From Albugo candida (lineage: Eukaryota), in the NCBI GenBank assembly GCA_040437565.1, contig JBDOQK010000094.1, positions 1 through 38,854 of the forward strand: a stretch of DNA of 38,854 nt. Reading direction: 5' to 3'. The notes beneath the pieces were generated by a model, which was not told the DNA's origin, made no database searches, and saw only the letters and a program-made list of their open reading frames with translations. Each line of letters begins with the position of its first letter. The stretch's first letter is position 1. The position numbers and the translations under genes are program-made. Below are positions 10,700 to 22,451 of this stretch, piece after piece.

Positions 10700-13600
10700 T
10701 CGTTCTGGGAAGAGTAAACATTTTTATGACAACTATTTTCAACTATCTTCACGGATCTGAATGTGCCCAAGCTATTGCCGGTGTCTCCGTACAAGACCTA
10801 TGTTTGGGTGTAAGTTTGAAAATATTGAAGCTCTTGTCTATCTACACAGCGCTTATGCTGCGGTGGTTCCAGGGGAGTGGAAACCTTTTTCGAGCAACTT
10901 CCAACGGGAAATTTTAAACAAAACACAATGCACATCTTTTGTGGTGATCTGAAGACATCCTTGTGTCCGAGTTCAAATTGCTCCTGTGGTGTATACAGAC
11001 ACGCGTCAAGTCGACTATCATTCTGAGAATGGCTTTCCAACCTGCGTGTTTTGGATGCTTGTCGTCAACATCATCCTGAAGCACGTGTCTTTAGGGGCTC
11101 TCAAGCACGAAAGCTCCGACTGGACTATATCCTTTTGTCGCAACCTCTTTTCCAGCCAATTTACAAGTATTCCAATTATGTCTATCTCCTCACCCGGGTA
11201 ATTATCCGGCGCATATTGCGAAATCCGCAAATCCAACTCAACTCTAAGGTCATGGTTACTGGAAATGTCCCAAATCATTATTCTACTTTCTAGTACTCAA
11301 ATAAGCGATTGAGGAAGAGGCGGATCGTATCTTGGAAATTACTGGGGACTTGAAAGAAACGGTTAAGGCGTTTATTACAGCAAGTGCAAAAATCATTTTT
11401 CGCCAGGAAGAAATGTAGTTCAGTCATGCTCAAGCTAAATTCGAGGAAGCTGTGGCAGCTTTTTCGCCAATTGAATTAAGATGAAGCAAAACAAACGTGA
11501 GAAGAAACTCTTCGCTCTTATCATCAAAGATTGAGGAGGTTCATGCAGGTATAGTCTAGACTCCATGTTCGACTATCAGATAAATAATAGGGAGCAACCA
11601 TCTCGCCACTTCTTTTGACTAGTGGACTCAATATGTCTCAGAGTACCTTTGAAATGACTCCTACTTGATCATGGCCAAGTGTAGAACAATCCTATTGATT
11701 TCACTCTTCGGATCTGCGTCCATGTGCGACAGAGAAAGAAACATCAATCAATCCATAAAGAGAAAATGATCCAAATCCTTTTTTTCTGCTCCAATAACAA
11801 AACTGGAGATAAAAGAAGCAATTACCCATATGTGGGGGCATTCAGCACCCGGAATGAACGGATTTCCGGCTGCGTTCTACCAAGTTGCTCCAGGCGTTTT
11901 TGGTGAATGCCTTCAAATTGGTTTTTACCATCAGCTTCGCCGAGGCTCGTTGCTGCGTTCTCAACGGATCTCAGCAATCACGTTGCTTCATAAAAAAGGA
12001 TCCCTTGATGATCCTGGCAACTATCGTCCTATCGCATTAATATGCGTGGATGTCAAAGTGCTTTCGAAGGTACTTGANNNNNNNNNNNNNNNNNNNNNNN
12101 NNNNNNNNNNNNNNNNNNNNNNNNNNNNNNNNNNNNNNNNNNNNNNNNNNNNNNNNNNNNNNNNNNNNNNNNNNNNNGAATGAACGGATTTCCGGCTGCG
12201 TTCTACCAAGTTGCTCCAGGCGTTTTTGGTGAATGCCTTCAAATTGGTTTTTACCATCAGCTTCGCCGAGGCTCGTTGCTGCGTTCTCAACGGATCTCAG
12301 CAATCACGTTGCTTCATAAAAAAGGATCCCTTGATGATCCTGGCAACTATCGTCCTATCGCATTAATATGCGTGGATGTCAAAGTGCTTTCGAAGGTACT
12401 TGAATACCGGCTTCAGAAAGTGCTTTCGAAATTGATCAACGAGGACCAAAAAACAAGTATGCGACGACGTTCCATACATCATCACATTCGATACATGAGT
12501 GATCTCCAGGATCTGGTCCCTCAAGATGATGAAGGAGCCTACGCAACATTTCTCGATTTTGAAAAAGCGTACGGTCGAGTGGATTGGTTGCACATGCTTG
12601 TGGTTTTGTCCAAAAAGAATTGTGGAAATTCGTTCATAAAGTGGACAAAGTGGTGTACACCCACACGAATTTTTCGTTATTGCTAAATGGAGCGCGTCAC
12701 AAAAACTCAATCCGTCGAGGAGAGTGAAACAAGGTGACCCACTCTCCGCACTGCTCTTTCTCCTGACAATTAAGCCCTTGGAAATTTATGGCGGAGGAAT
12801 GAAGGAATGTGCATCACGCTAATACATACAGGAACGAGTTTTTTGCGGACGATTCGACATTACTATCGTCCTCGCCAGTGGCGTGGAGGCGCAGTTGAGA
12901 TCGTCCAGGAATATTGCGATGGTTTCGTTACCAAGCTCAACTTGTCCAAGTCAGCTTTGCTTCCACTTGATCAAAATCAAGTACGTCAACCATTTGCAAA
13001 GTAGAAGTACTCACAGCAAACGAGTCGTTTGAATACTTAAGAATTCCATTCAGTCAATTACCCGTTGTTGATTTGATGATTAATTTTAGAAGATAATTTT
13101 ATGGGGGATCCTGCGGTGGTTCCGTCGAGCCAGAACAGTTCACGGAGGATTACTGGTGGCACAAACTGGGAGTTATCACGTTTATTGCATTTTACACCTC
13201 AGTTGAAGGTGTCTGTATTACTAGAATTAGACTAACTGACTTCTCTAGTTGCCTAGGCTATCTTGAATAACATCCATACATATAAAAATCGTTTCGTGAA
13301 ATACCTGTGAGAGATGATAATATGTCTCCTCGTTGATAATCTCGTATCGTAGTAGCCTCAGCACCCTTAATACGAGACTGTGTCCAGCTTGTAAATGCTG
13401 TAAAGTTGTCATTTTACACCTCAATTCAACATTTTCTTCGACGCCGACAGTGGATGCTCAATAGATTTGCTTTGAGTCGGCAGTATGAGCGAGATTCAAC
13501 ACACATTCAACTGATCAAGTCGTTATTCTTGTACCTACCTCATTCAGACGGTGGATATCAGGTTCCTTATATCAAAACAAAACTGAAGAAACAACGCTTC

Positions 13601-14850
13601 AAGTTTTTGCAACAGTTAATACTGGATACAGTGATTCTTTACCCAGCAACTGGACATTTCCTGGAATAGCGATAACACGATGCATTCTGCCCTAATTTGG
13701 GCCTTATAGATCACTCGATATCCTCACGAGATCACCACGTCGGCATGAGTGCATTGGGTTGTTGTTCTGTTCCAACAGGAAACAGGGCTGCCTATCCGGT
13801 TCAATTTGGCATTCCACTCTCGGAAAAGAAGTTTTTCTTTCCGGTGATTCCTCGTTATAAACTTTATGGATTTGTTAGGAGGGCACTGCCACCTGATAAA
13901 GCGCATTCAATGTTGCTTCAAAGCATTGTAATTATGCCGCAATGCATCCATAGCAAACCCAAGACTGCATAGCAATCAAGCCTATCAACATCGCAATGAG
14001 TTGTGCAACTTATTTCTCAGTTTCTTCTCAGCATATGATTCATTCAAGTCATTTAAACGTGTTCGCAGAAGCTTGCTATCAATCTCTTTGGATATCTAGC
14101 TCCGACTCTCATTTTGTATCTTACTAGCTCGATAACGGTTTTGCTTTCTACAGCACTCACATCCAGAAATCATTCTGTGAACTCAGAAGCATTGTGGGGA
14201 TGTAGAAAGTTACCAGCATTTGTTTATAGACTGCAACAGGAAAAGGCAATTTGGGAAGTATTCTTTCCATCTTGGATAAGCTTCTTTACTGTCCAACCAC
14301 GATGGTCACACATCGCGTGCGCATGGATTCCTGCACTTAGTTATGTGTGGAAACCCTTTCAGCTAGTGCAAGAGGATCTTTGGAAAACATTAGTTGCGGT
14401 TGCAATTCATTTTATTTGGACGGATCTGAACGCACACTTTTCAACCAAGGCACTTTAACACCTACTTCTACTACTGTTTTGGTGATTTATAGCACCCTGA
14501 CTGCCCCTTTCCGATATTTAAAATCGACAGTGCTGTGGTATAGTGCATCTCGAGCAATTGAGATAATATTAAAGTCCTATCAACATACTGGTTTAGCACG
14601 GAGCTATTTCTCTGCTCGGCCCAGTCTACTTCAGGTGACACGACGTCAAAGATTCTTAGTCGGTGATGATTAGCGTTTCTACTTATTATTACTGGTGAAG
14701 TGGGGATGAGGTCAAGTCTTCATATTCCCGCACGCTGAACTTCGATGTAGACTTTTCTAGCCCAACCTCGCTTGTATTTTTGTATGTATTTTAGTTTAGG
14801 CATCAGAGAACTCATACACGTCTAATTCTAGCAATATAGACACCTTGAAC
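10700..14850 (+). mobile_element. Decayed non-LTR retrotransposon (L1/Tx1-like LINE: APE endonuclease and RT)
   Basis: Endonuclease relics (RLDYILLS). RT motifs SAPGMNGFPAAFY, LLHKKG..DPGNYRPIAL..VDVKVLSK, LDFEKAY.RVDW, KQGDPLSALLF, FADDST. C-terminal LYLPHSDGG. Many frameshifts; boundaries are approximate. Confidence 0.92.
13202..13409 (-). mobile_element. 208-bp SINE-like or 5'-truncated retroposon insertion with a 14-bp TSD
   Basis: Flanked by the exact direct repeat CATTTTACACCTCA (13188-13201 and 13410-13423). Related copies lie at 1-97, ~14775-14850 and ~14860-14947. Confidence 0.85.
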
Positions 14851-14947
14851 TAAATCCACGGCACTACAAGTACAAGGCTATCGACGAGAAGACATAGTAT
14901 CATCTCTCACAGGTGTTTCCACAAAAGGTTTTTTGTATGTGTATTAC
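14775..14947 (+). repeat. Two tandem diverged partial copies of the short-element family at the LINE 3' end
   Basis: gtctaattctagcaatatagacaccttgaac (14820-14850) matches the element 3' end. tatcgacgagaagacatagtatcatctctcacaggtgtttc (14879-14919) matches its middle. Confidence 0.7.
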
Positions 14948-15465
14948 NNNNNNNNNNNNNNNNNNNNNNNNNNNNNNNNNNNNNNNNNNNNNNNNNNNNN
15001 NNNNNNNNNNNNNNNNNNNNNNNNNNNNNNNNNNNNNNNNNNNNNNNCCCATTCAATGCACTCATATGTATTAAGCACATGCAAACTGGTTTTTCTTTAT
15101 ACCACTTTATTCTCTCAACCACAAGTGCAAGGAGACGAAATTCACAAGATATGAAGACAGTGAGCGGAAAGCAGCATATTACAATTATATAAGCTTCCTT
15201 GGAGCAATCGATCATGTTGGATTCGGAGCTTTTGACAAAGAAACGTTTTACCAACTTCATCTACAATGCTTTCACTTCCATCCTTGGTGCGCTGAACGCA
15301 CTCTAAAGGAAATGAGCTTACGAGCAACGAGACACAGCGCATTCCTATCGTGCTCGTTAATAGTTNNNNNNNNNNNNNNNNNNNNNNNNNNNNNNNNNNN
15401 NNNNNNNNNNNNNNNNNNNNNNNNNNNNNNNNNNNNNNNNNNNNNNNNNNNNNNNNNNNNNNNNN

Positions 15466-16188
15466 GTCATTATGTCGTATTCGTTTATGATGACTTGAGC
15501 GATTTCAGCATACTGAAAGATTTCATTCATCGAGTCGATCTCAGTCTTCAGCAAGTACATGCTTCCAACAGATTGGCGGACTGCAAGCTGTCAGGTCAAA
15601 ATCGCTTAGACGACAGCTTCCATGTGGCAAAGCTGCTTTTTATCGCCAATAGATTGGACGCGCACTCAATTCCCAGTAATCTGCACCAATTTGACCAATT
15701 ACGATGTATTGCTGTACACGGCAATTCTCTCAGCGAAAATGATCAGCACCCATCTACTCCTCAATCAAGTGTACTTTTCCTTCCAGAACTGCAGAGTTCT
15801 AGCAATTCAGAAGTTGGTCGCTTTCGTTTGGATCCTTTGTGCGAATTTGAACGTGAGAACATACGCCTTTGATCCTTCCCTATAATATGTGATTGATATC
15901 GTTGATGTAGGAAAGGCTGCTCATCTACGTCAATTTGTACAATCTCTGCCTATCAATTCAGTTGTCAACCAATCCAACTCTATATCAGACACAAAGACTG
16001 AAGATAGTAGTACAGATATAAAGCATCAAGGCCGTCGACGTGTTGTCAAGCAGACAGATAATGAGTTTATGGCACAGACAATGTCTCTGAAGGAATGGCT
16101 CAAAGTCGCTTGTCGCGTGTATGAGTGTGTTCGATCGTCCAAAGATTGGCGGCCGTCAGAGAAAAAACCCAAAAAAGTCAATGGATAA
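15466..16188 (+). CDS. Hypothetical protein (5' part lost in or around gaps)
   Basis: An open frame from the gap to 15852 joins 15911-16188 in frame across a 58-nt GT-AG intron (15853-15910). No recognisable domain. Confidence 0.5.
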
Positions 16189-16293
16189 TCGATAGAAAAT
16201 AACAAGTGCATTGAATGCGTACGAAAGGCTACAATAAACTGTGTTTCCAATGGAAGTATATAACTATCTATAACCATAGTTATACACTACTGT

Positions 16294-18417
16294 CTAATCC
16301 ACTTCTTCCATTGTGCTCTCCTCAACACCTTCTCCTTCAAGAGGGGGAAGATCCTCCATCCCAGCGTCAGCGACATCATCGTCGTCGTCAATGCTCAAAC
16401 CGAGTTTGATGAGTCGGTGAATACGGTTAGCAAAGGTAGTTGGCTCATCGAGACTGAATCCGGATGTAAGAAGAGCTGTTTCGTACATAAGCCAAATCAA
16501 ATCCTTGACAGTTTTGTCGCTTCTGTCTGCTTCGGCCTTTACTCGGAGAGCCATCACAATCTTGTTCATCGGATTGATTTCCATAGTCTTCTTAGATCCC
16601 ATGTAAGCTGCAGTGCTGCTGTCACGAAGAGCTTGTGCTTTCATGATACGTTCCATGTTTGCTGACCAGCCATACTCACCGGTGACCAGAACGCAAGGAG
16701 ATTCGACAATTCGGTTCGAGATTTCTACTTTCTCCACTTTGTCGTCCAAAACCTCCTTGATCAATGTGCATAAACCAGTAGTGGCGGCCTTGGCTTCCTC
16801 GAATGCCTTCTTTTCATCTTCAGTTTCTTCCATTTTCAATCCCTCTTTAGTCGCTGAAATTAACTTTTTACCTTCATATTCTTTCAGTTGTTGAACGGCA
16901 TACTCATCGATTGCCTCAACCATGTAGATGACTTCATATCCTTTTTTCTTCAGTTTTTCCAAAAATGGAGAGTTTTCTACTGCTTTCTTACTTTCTCCAG
17001 TCACGTAGTAGATTCCAGGTTGGTTTTCTTGCATGCGGCTGATATAGTCGTCAAGAGAGGTCATTTCTTCGCCAGACTTGGTAGAATGGTATCGGAGCAA
17101 TTTCGCAATCTTGCTACGGTTGGTCGAGTCTTCATGGATTCCCAGCTTGAGGTTCTTGCTGAAAGCTTCGTAGAACTTGTTGTACTTTTCAGAATCTTCA
17201 GCGAGCTCTGCAAACATTTCCAGACATTTCTTGATGAGGTTCTTCTTGATCACACGGAGGATCTTGTTCTGTTGCAATGTTTCACGGGAAATGTTTAACG
17301 GAAGATCTTCCGAGTCGACGATACCTTTGACAAACGACAAATATTCAGGCATCAACTCTTCGCAGTTGTCCATGATGAACACACGACGAACATACAGTTT
17401 GATGTTGTTCATCTTCTTCTTTGCACCACCTTCAAACATATCGAATGGTGCTCGCTTGGGGGTGAACAAACAAGCTTTGAACTCTAGTTGGCCTTCAACG
17501 GAAAAGTGTTTGACCGCAGCATGTTCTTCCCAGTCATTGGTCAACGATTTGTAAAAAGACGCATACTCTTCGTGAGTGACATCTTCTGATTTACGCATCC
17601 AAATAGGTTTCTGGCTGTTCAGATGACTCCAATCATGAGTAACTTCCTTGATTTTCTTGGTCTTCTTCTTCTTCTCCCCTTCTTCTTCTTCAGTCACTTC
17701 CTCCACAGTTGGTTTGTCATCGTCACCCTCCTTCTCATCTTCATCTTCTTCATCATCGGTGACTTCTTTCTCTTCCGTCTTCTCAACGTACAACTTGATA
17801 GGGAAACCAATAAATTCAGAATGTTTCTTCACAAGGTCCTTCAATTTTCTCTCTTCTAGGTATTCCAACATGTCGTCTTTCAGTTTGAGTACGATTCTGG
17901 TACCTCTAAGAAGTGGTTCGGAAGACGTATCTTGCGTCACAGTGAAAGAACCACCAGCAGCAGATTCCCACACATATTGTTCATCATCGTTGTGTTTCGA
18001 GTAAACCACGACTTTCTCCGCCACAAGGTAGGCAGAGTAAAAACCAACACCGAATTGACCAATCATACTGATGTCAGCACCCGCTTGTAATGCTTCCATA
18101 AACGCCTTTGTTCCCGATTTCGCGATCGTACCAAGGTTGTTGATCAAGTCTGCTTTGGTCATACCGATACCCGAGTCTTCGATCGTGAGCGTTTTGTTAT
18201 TCTTGTCTGGAACGATACGAATTTCCAAATTTTTGTCAGAGTCCAAGACAGACGCATCGGTCAATGACTGATAACGAATCTTGTCGAGAGCATCAGACGC
18301 ATTGGAGATCAATTCACGAAGAAAGACGTCTTTGTTGGAGTAGAACGTGTTGATGATCAAACTCAGTAGCTGGTTGATGTCGGTAGAGAAGGCGAATGTT
18401 TCTTTCTCGGCACTCAT
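16294..18417 (-). CDS. HSP90: Cytosolic heat shock protein 90 (707 aa, intronless)
   Basis: [45 protein letters not shown], charged linker, [11 protein letters not shown]-terminal MEEVD. First ATG at 18417 (MSAEKETF). Confidence 0.99.
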   Translation of the reverse strand: MSAEKETFAFSTDINQLLSLIINTFYSNKDVFLRELISNASDALDKIRYQSLTDASVLDSDKNLEIRIVPDKNNKTLTIEDSGIGMTKADLINNLGTIAKSGTKAFMEALQAGADISMIGQFGVGFYSAYLVAEKVVVYSKHNDDEQYVWESAAGGSFTVTQDTSSEPLLRGTRIVLKLKDDMLEYLEERKLKDLVKKHSEFIGFPIKLYVEKTEEKEVTDDEEDEDEKEGDDDKPTVEEVTEEEEGEKKKKTKKIKEVTHDWSHLNSQKPIWMRKSEDVTHEEYASFYKSLTNDWEEHAAVKHFSVEGQLEFKACLFTPKRAPFDMFEGGAKKKMNNIKLYVRRVFIMDNCEELMPEYLSFVKGIVDSEDLPLNISRETLQQNKILRVIKKNLIKKCLEMFAELAEDSEKYNKFYEAFSKNLKLGIHEDSTNRSKIAKLLRYHSTKSGEEMTSLDDYISRMQENQPGIYYVTGESKKAVENSPFLEKLKKKGYEVIYMVEAIDEYAVQQLKEYEGKKLISATKEGLKMEETEDEKKAFEEAKAATTGLCTLIKEVLDDKVEKVEISNRIVESPCVLVTGEYGWSANMERIMKAQALRDSSTAAYMGSKKTMEINPMNKIVMALRVKAEADRSDKTVKDLIWLMYETALLTSGFSLDEPTTFANRIHRLIKLGLSIDDDDDVADAGMEDLPPLEGEGVEESTMEEVD

Positions 18418-18648
18418 TTTGAGACTTTTGTTGTTGATATGTTGATGTTGAAGCAAATCAAATACTGGTGAAAGTGAAATCCATTGGATGTCAGAGTCAC
18501 TCGATAAAGATACCAGATCTTAATTAACCATTTAGCTAACATGCTATTTCACGATAGTCTACGGAAGGAAAGGATGGGCGACATGCTATTTTGTACCAAT
18601 CTATAAGGGATTAGTCACTAATATCAAGGCACGTCAGTCTCTAAATCT

Positions 18649-18663
18649 AGAAAGTTCTAGAAC
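18649..18663. promoter_or_regulatory. Heat shock element upstream of HSP90
   Basis: aGAAa-gTTCt-aGAAc is three perfect alternating nGAAn units about 230 bp upstream of the ATG. An Inr-like TCACTTTC lies on the minus strand at 18470-18477. Confidence 0.8.
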
Positions 18664-20010
18664 TACAAATTACTTTAAGGAAATTTTTGTACACAACTTA
18701 CTCACTAGGTTCGCTTTCTAGACCCTTCAAGAAAATTGCAGAATTGATGGCAAAAGCATGACAGAATGACAGATCATGTTATGACTAATGTTATAGAACA
18801 GTGTTATCTCTGCATAATCAATCATTTGATCGCATCGACAAATAGCGAGGTGTGCCGTTGTCTCCATTTGAAGTCGAATTGCATGAGTTACAAAGCATGC
18901 AGAAAACGCTATACGTGTAGCAGTTGTAAGACCAAGTAATTCCATTTATAAATCTGGCGTTTGACTTTTTTTCGATTCCAACGCGACACATGCAACTTAT
19001 CTTTCACAATGTATTAATCCCTTACCCTCGCTTTATGCGCTCAGACGATAATACTTTGCAATTCCATTAGGCACAGTGATAGCATAGGAATCAAAGCACA
19101 GATACAAAGCACAGATTGCAATAATGTAAACGACACATCTCCTCAAAATGACGACATAGTGCCACAAGGTCCCAATGCTGACCAGCTCGAGTTTTGAATG
19201 ACCATTTCACCTTTTACAATTCTCAGCTCAGACGTTAAGGAATCAGGTGACTGGCAATACGTCCAACGAATTCGCATCAAAGGCGAAAGATGCGTTCCGA
19301 AAACGATCCATNNNNNNNNNNNNNNNNNNNNNNNNNNNNNNNNNNNNNNNNNNNNNNNNNNNNNNNNNNNNNNNNNNNNNNNNNNNNNNNNNNNNNNNNN
19401 NNNNNNNNNNNATCTCCTCAAAATGACGACATAGTGCCACAAGGTCCCAATGCTGACCAGCTCGAGTTTTGAATGACCATTTCACCTTTTACAATTCTCA
19501 GCTCAGACGTTAAGGAATCAGGTGACTGGCAATACGTCCAACGAATTCGCATCAAAGGCGAAAGATGCGTTCCGAAAACGATCCATCTTACAATCCACAA
19601 CAAAACGTGACGATGAGAGTGACATGCAAGTGTCTATAGATTTGCCTTATTTGAGCAAACCTTAATACTATCTGTAGCCATGAAAACCCATTGTATGGCT
19701 ATGCAGAAAAGCATTTTGTTTTACGAGACACACGCCCTTCATCTTTCATCTGCTTTAAAGTCCGTCGCACTCCTCTTCGCCTCGAGAAACGACTCTGTTG
19801 GGAGAAAGGAATGCTTCAGACTCCTCTTTTGGANNNNNNNNNNNNNNNNNNNNNNNNNNNNNNNNNNNNNNNNNNNNNNNNNNNNNNNNNNNNNNNNNNN
19901 NNNNNNNNNNNNNNNNNNNNNNNNNNNNNNNNNACATCACATATATGCCCACCTCCAGGTGCTGTTTTTGACCAAATCGAAATTGTCAATTAAAGGAAGA
20001 TCGTCTCAAA

Positions 20011-21254
20011 ATGTCATCCTCAGTGCAGGTCGCTCCCACCCGCATGTACGTGTGCTGTACGGAATCGATGAGCTGCAGACACAGCTAATACATATTTCTT
20101 CGCATTTGAACCCAACTCAGGTCACTCACAATATACAAAACCAAACGGGTCGGTGCTAAAAAAGGTATTCATTCATATCCGACACTTTTCGATACGAATT
20201 CAGCTCGTAGCTCGTACATCACTTTTTAGGCTTTGAGCTTTTGAAGAAAAAAGCGGATGCACTGAAAATGCGCTTTCAAGCAATGCTCCGTGAAATCCAA
20301 AAGGTGTACTTTCAAATGTAGAAAGATTGGGCTCAGAGAATTTGTTCATGTGTCAGACAAAAACAGCAATGTCCAATGAAGCAGCAGAAGCTTTTTTTTC
20401 ACTTACTCAGGCTCAATATGCAGCGGGAGATTTTCGTAATAAGGTGATCGAATCAGTTACGACGGCAGAAATTCGTATGCGGAATCGGATTGATAATGTC
20501 GCTGGAGTGAAACTCCCGGTGTTCACAGAGGTCGAAGTCAGCCGCGATAAGTCTGACAATATCGGTCTGTCGGGTGGTGGAGGAAAAATCCAGCTATGTC
20601 GAGAAAAGTTTCGAACTCTGCTCAGTGCTCTCATCAAATTGGCATCTTTACAGGTTGGAGCCTGAAAATGAGATACGTTTGCGTTTCTTACAGCTTTTTC
20701 ATGAGAAGACTTCTTTTCTTACATTGGATGAAGCTCTGAAAGTCACAAATCGCAGAGTCAACGCACTTGACAATGTATTATCCACATTTGTTCTCTTGTC
20801 ACATATTTTGAACAAACTTTCCTCGTGTAGGTAACAATCCCGCGCATCGAAACTACAATTTCTTACATCAGTAGAGAACTGGACGAATTGGAGCGGGAGG
20901 ATTTCGTGAGGTCAGAAATATGTGTGTGTTTCTATAGACTTGGTCATTTATCGACATATATTGAACAGGATCAAAAAAGTACAAGCGAATAAAATCCTCC
21001 AGCAAAAACAAGAGATTTTGAAGCAAATCACACCAAAGAACACTCCTGACGGTATGAACACTAGTGCTTCATGGCTATATTTCCTTCTGATTCGGGTGAA
21101 TTTAGACATTACGGAAGTATTAGTTCATTCTGGAGGATATGCCAACAATCCAAGCAATCCTTTCGATCAGGACGATCCATTTGGCAACGTCACTTCGGAT
21201 CGCGACATATTGGCGCCATACGAAATGGCATCTGATGTCGACATCATTTTTTAG
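20011..21254 (+). CDS. VMA8: V-type proton ATPase subunit D (8 exons)
   Basis: Spliced product MSSSVQVAPTRM-SLTIYKTKRVGAKKG-FELLKKKADALKMRF...DNVAGVKLPVF...LASLQ-TSFLTLDEALKVTNRRVNALDN-VTIPRIETTISYISRELDELEREDF. Introns at 20046-20120, 20165-20229, 20304-20356, 20654-20708, 20775-20830 and two more downstream. Confidence 0.96.
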
Positions 21255-21672
21255 TATTGCCTGTCTACATTTGTAATTCTGTAAATAAGTGGCTTGAACC
21301 ATTTCCTTTAAAATGAGTGATAATATTAGCGAAAAGCGCAACTCAAATAGTGATGACACCAGCNNNNNNNNNNNNNNNNNNNNNNNNNNNNNNNNNNNNN
21401 NNNNNNNNNNNNNNNNNNNNNNNNNNNNNNNNNNNNNNNNNNNNNNNNNNNNNNNNNNNNNNNAGACATTACGGAAGTATTAGTTCATTCTGGAGGATAT
21501 GCCAACAATCCAAGCAATCCTTTCGATCAGGACGATCCATTTGGCAACGTCACTTCGGACCGCGACATATTGGCGCCATACGAAATGGCATCTGATGTCG
21601 ACATCATTTTTTAGTATTGCCTGTCTACATTTGTAATTCTGTAAATAAGTGGCTTGAACCATTTCCTTTAAA

Positions 21673-22449
21673 ATGAGTGATAATATTAGCGAAAAGCGCA
21701 ACTCAAATAGTGATGACACCAGCGATCAGATTTCTCTAGACGAACGCATCAAACAATTAGAAGCTGAGTTGGATGTTTCCGAATCTAGTAGTGAAGAGAG
21801 CGATACTGAAAGCAGCGATTGCGGTGAGAGCGGCTCCGGGAAACAATGTAGTGATCATGAAATATTAAAGCGATCAGACAAGCCACAAGATGATGTTATA
21901 TGCTCGTCTATGTACGCAAATGATCGCGTCGAAGGACTGCATCCACAGCAACTACCTAAACCAACCTGCAATCTCGCAGGTAAGCGAAAACCGCCACTTC
22001 ATTCGCCCATTCAATTGCCAAAAAGAGTCCCGTTTGCATGTCGGCCATGCGGTTTTATTGGCGAAGATATACAAGAATTTGATCAGCATCAGAAATCATC
22101 AGCACATCTTAATCAATGCAAAGCAGTAGAGAATGAGTGGAGCTGTGGAATTTGCGTCAAACAGTTTACCAGTAAAAGCCAATTAGAAGAACATAAGAAG
22201 GGAAAGTGGCATCGACAACGCGCTAGTCAACGTCGAGAACGCCACTATGTCAAAGTGTGTTATGACTTTGTACGAGGAAATTGTTTTCGGGGGGAAGCTT
22301 GTGATTTTGAGCATAGGGAAACGAAAGCGATGAATTCGGAGCGTAGGCTCGGTGTAAAGAAGAAGCGAGTATGTAAGGAATTCACAGACGATCAAACGTG
22401 TCGCTTTGGTGATCGCTGTGTGTTTCTTCATCCACTAAATACAGCTTGA
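21673..22449 (+). CDS. Zinc-finger protein with two C2H2 (U1/matrin-like) and two CCCH fingers, likely RNA-binding
   Basis: CRPC...HQKSSAH, CGIC...HKKGKWH, CYDFVRGNCFRGEACDFEH, CKEFTDDQTCRFGDRCVFLH; acidic Ser-rich N-terminus. Confidence 0.9.
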   Translation: MSDNISEKRNSNSDDTSDQISLDERIKQLEAELDVSESSSEESDTESSDCGESGSGKQCSDHEILKRSDKPQDDVICSSMYANDRVEGLHPQQLPKPTCNLAGKRKPPLHSPIQLPKRVPFACRPCGFIGEDIQEFDQHQKSSAHLNQCKAVENEWSCGICVKQFTSKSQLEEHKKGKWHRQRASQRRERHYVKVCYDFVRGNCFRGEACDFEHRETKAMNSERRLGVKKKRVCKEFTDDQTCRFGDRCVFLHPLNTA

Positions 22450-22451
22450 AT

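Noticed and set aside
11852-12403. Apparent tandem duplication of LINE RT sequence
   Set aside because: Same gap-flank duplication artefact.
16417-18271. Several long plus-strand ORFs antisense to HSP90
   Set aside because: Shadow ORFs arising from the codon bias of a highly expressed gene; no independent motifs.
19137-19586. Direct repeat of ~175 bp
   Set aside because: Gap-flank duplication artefact.
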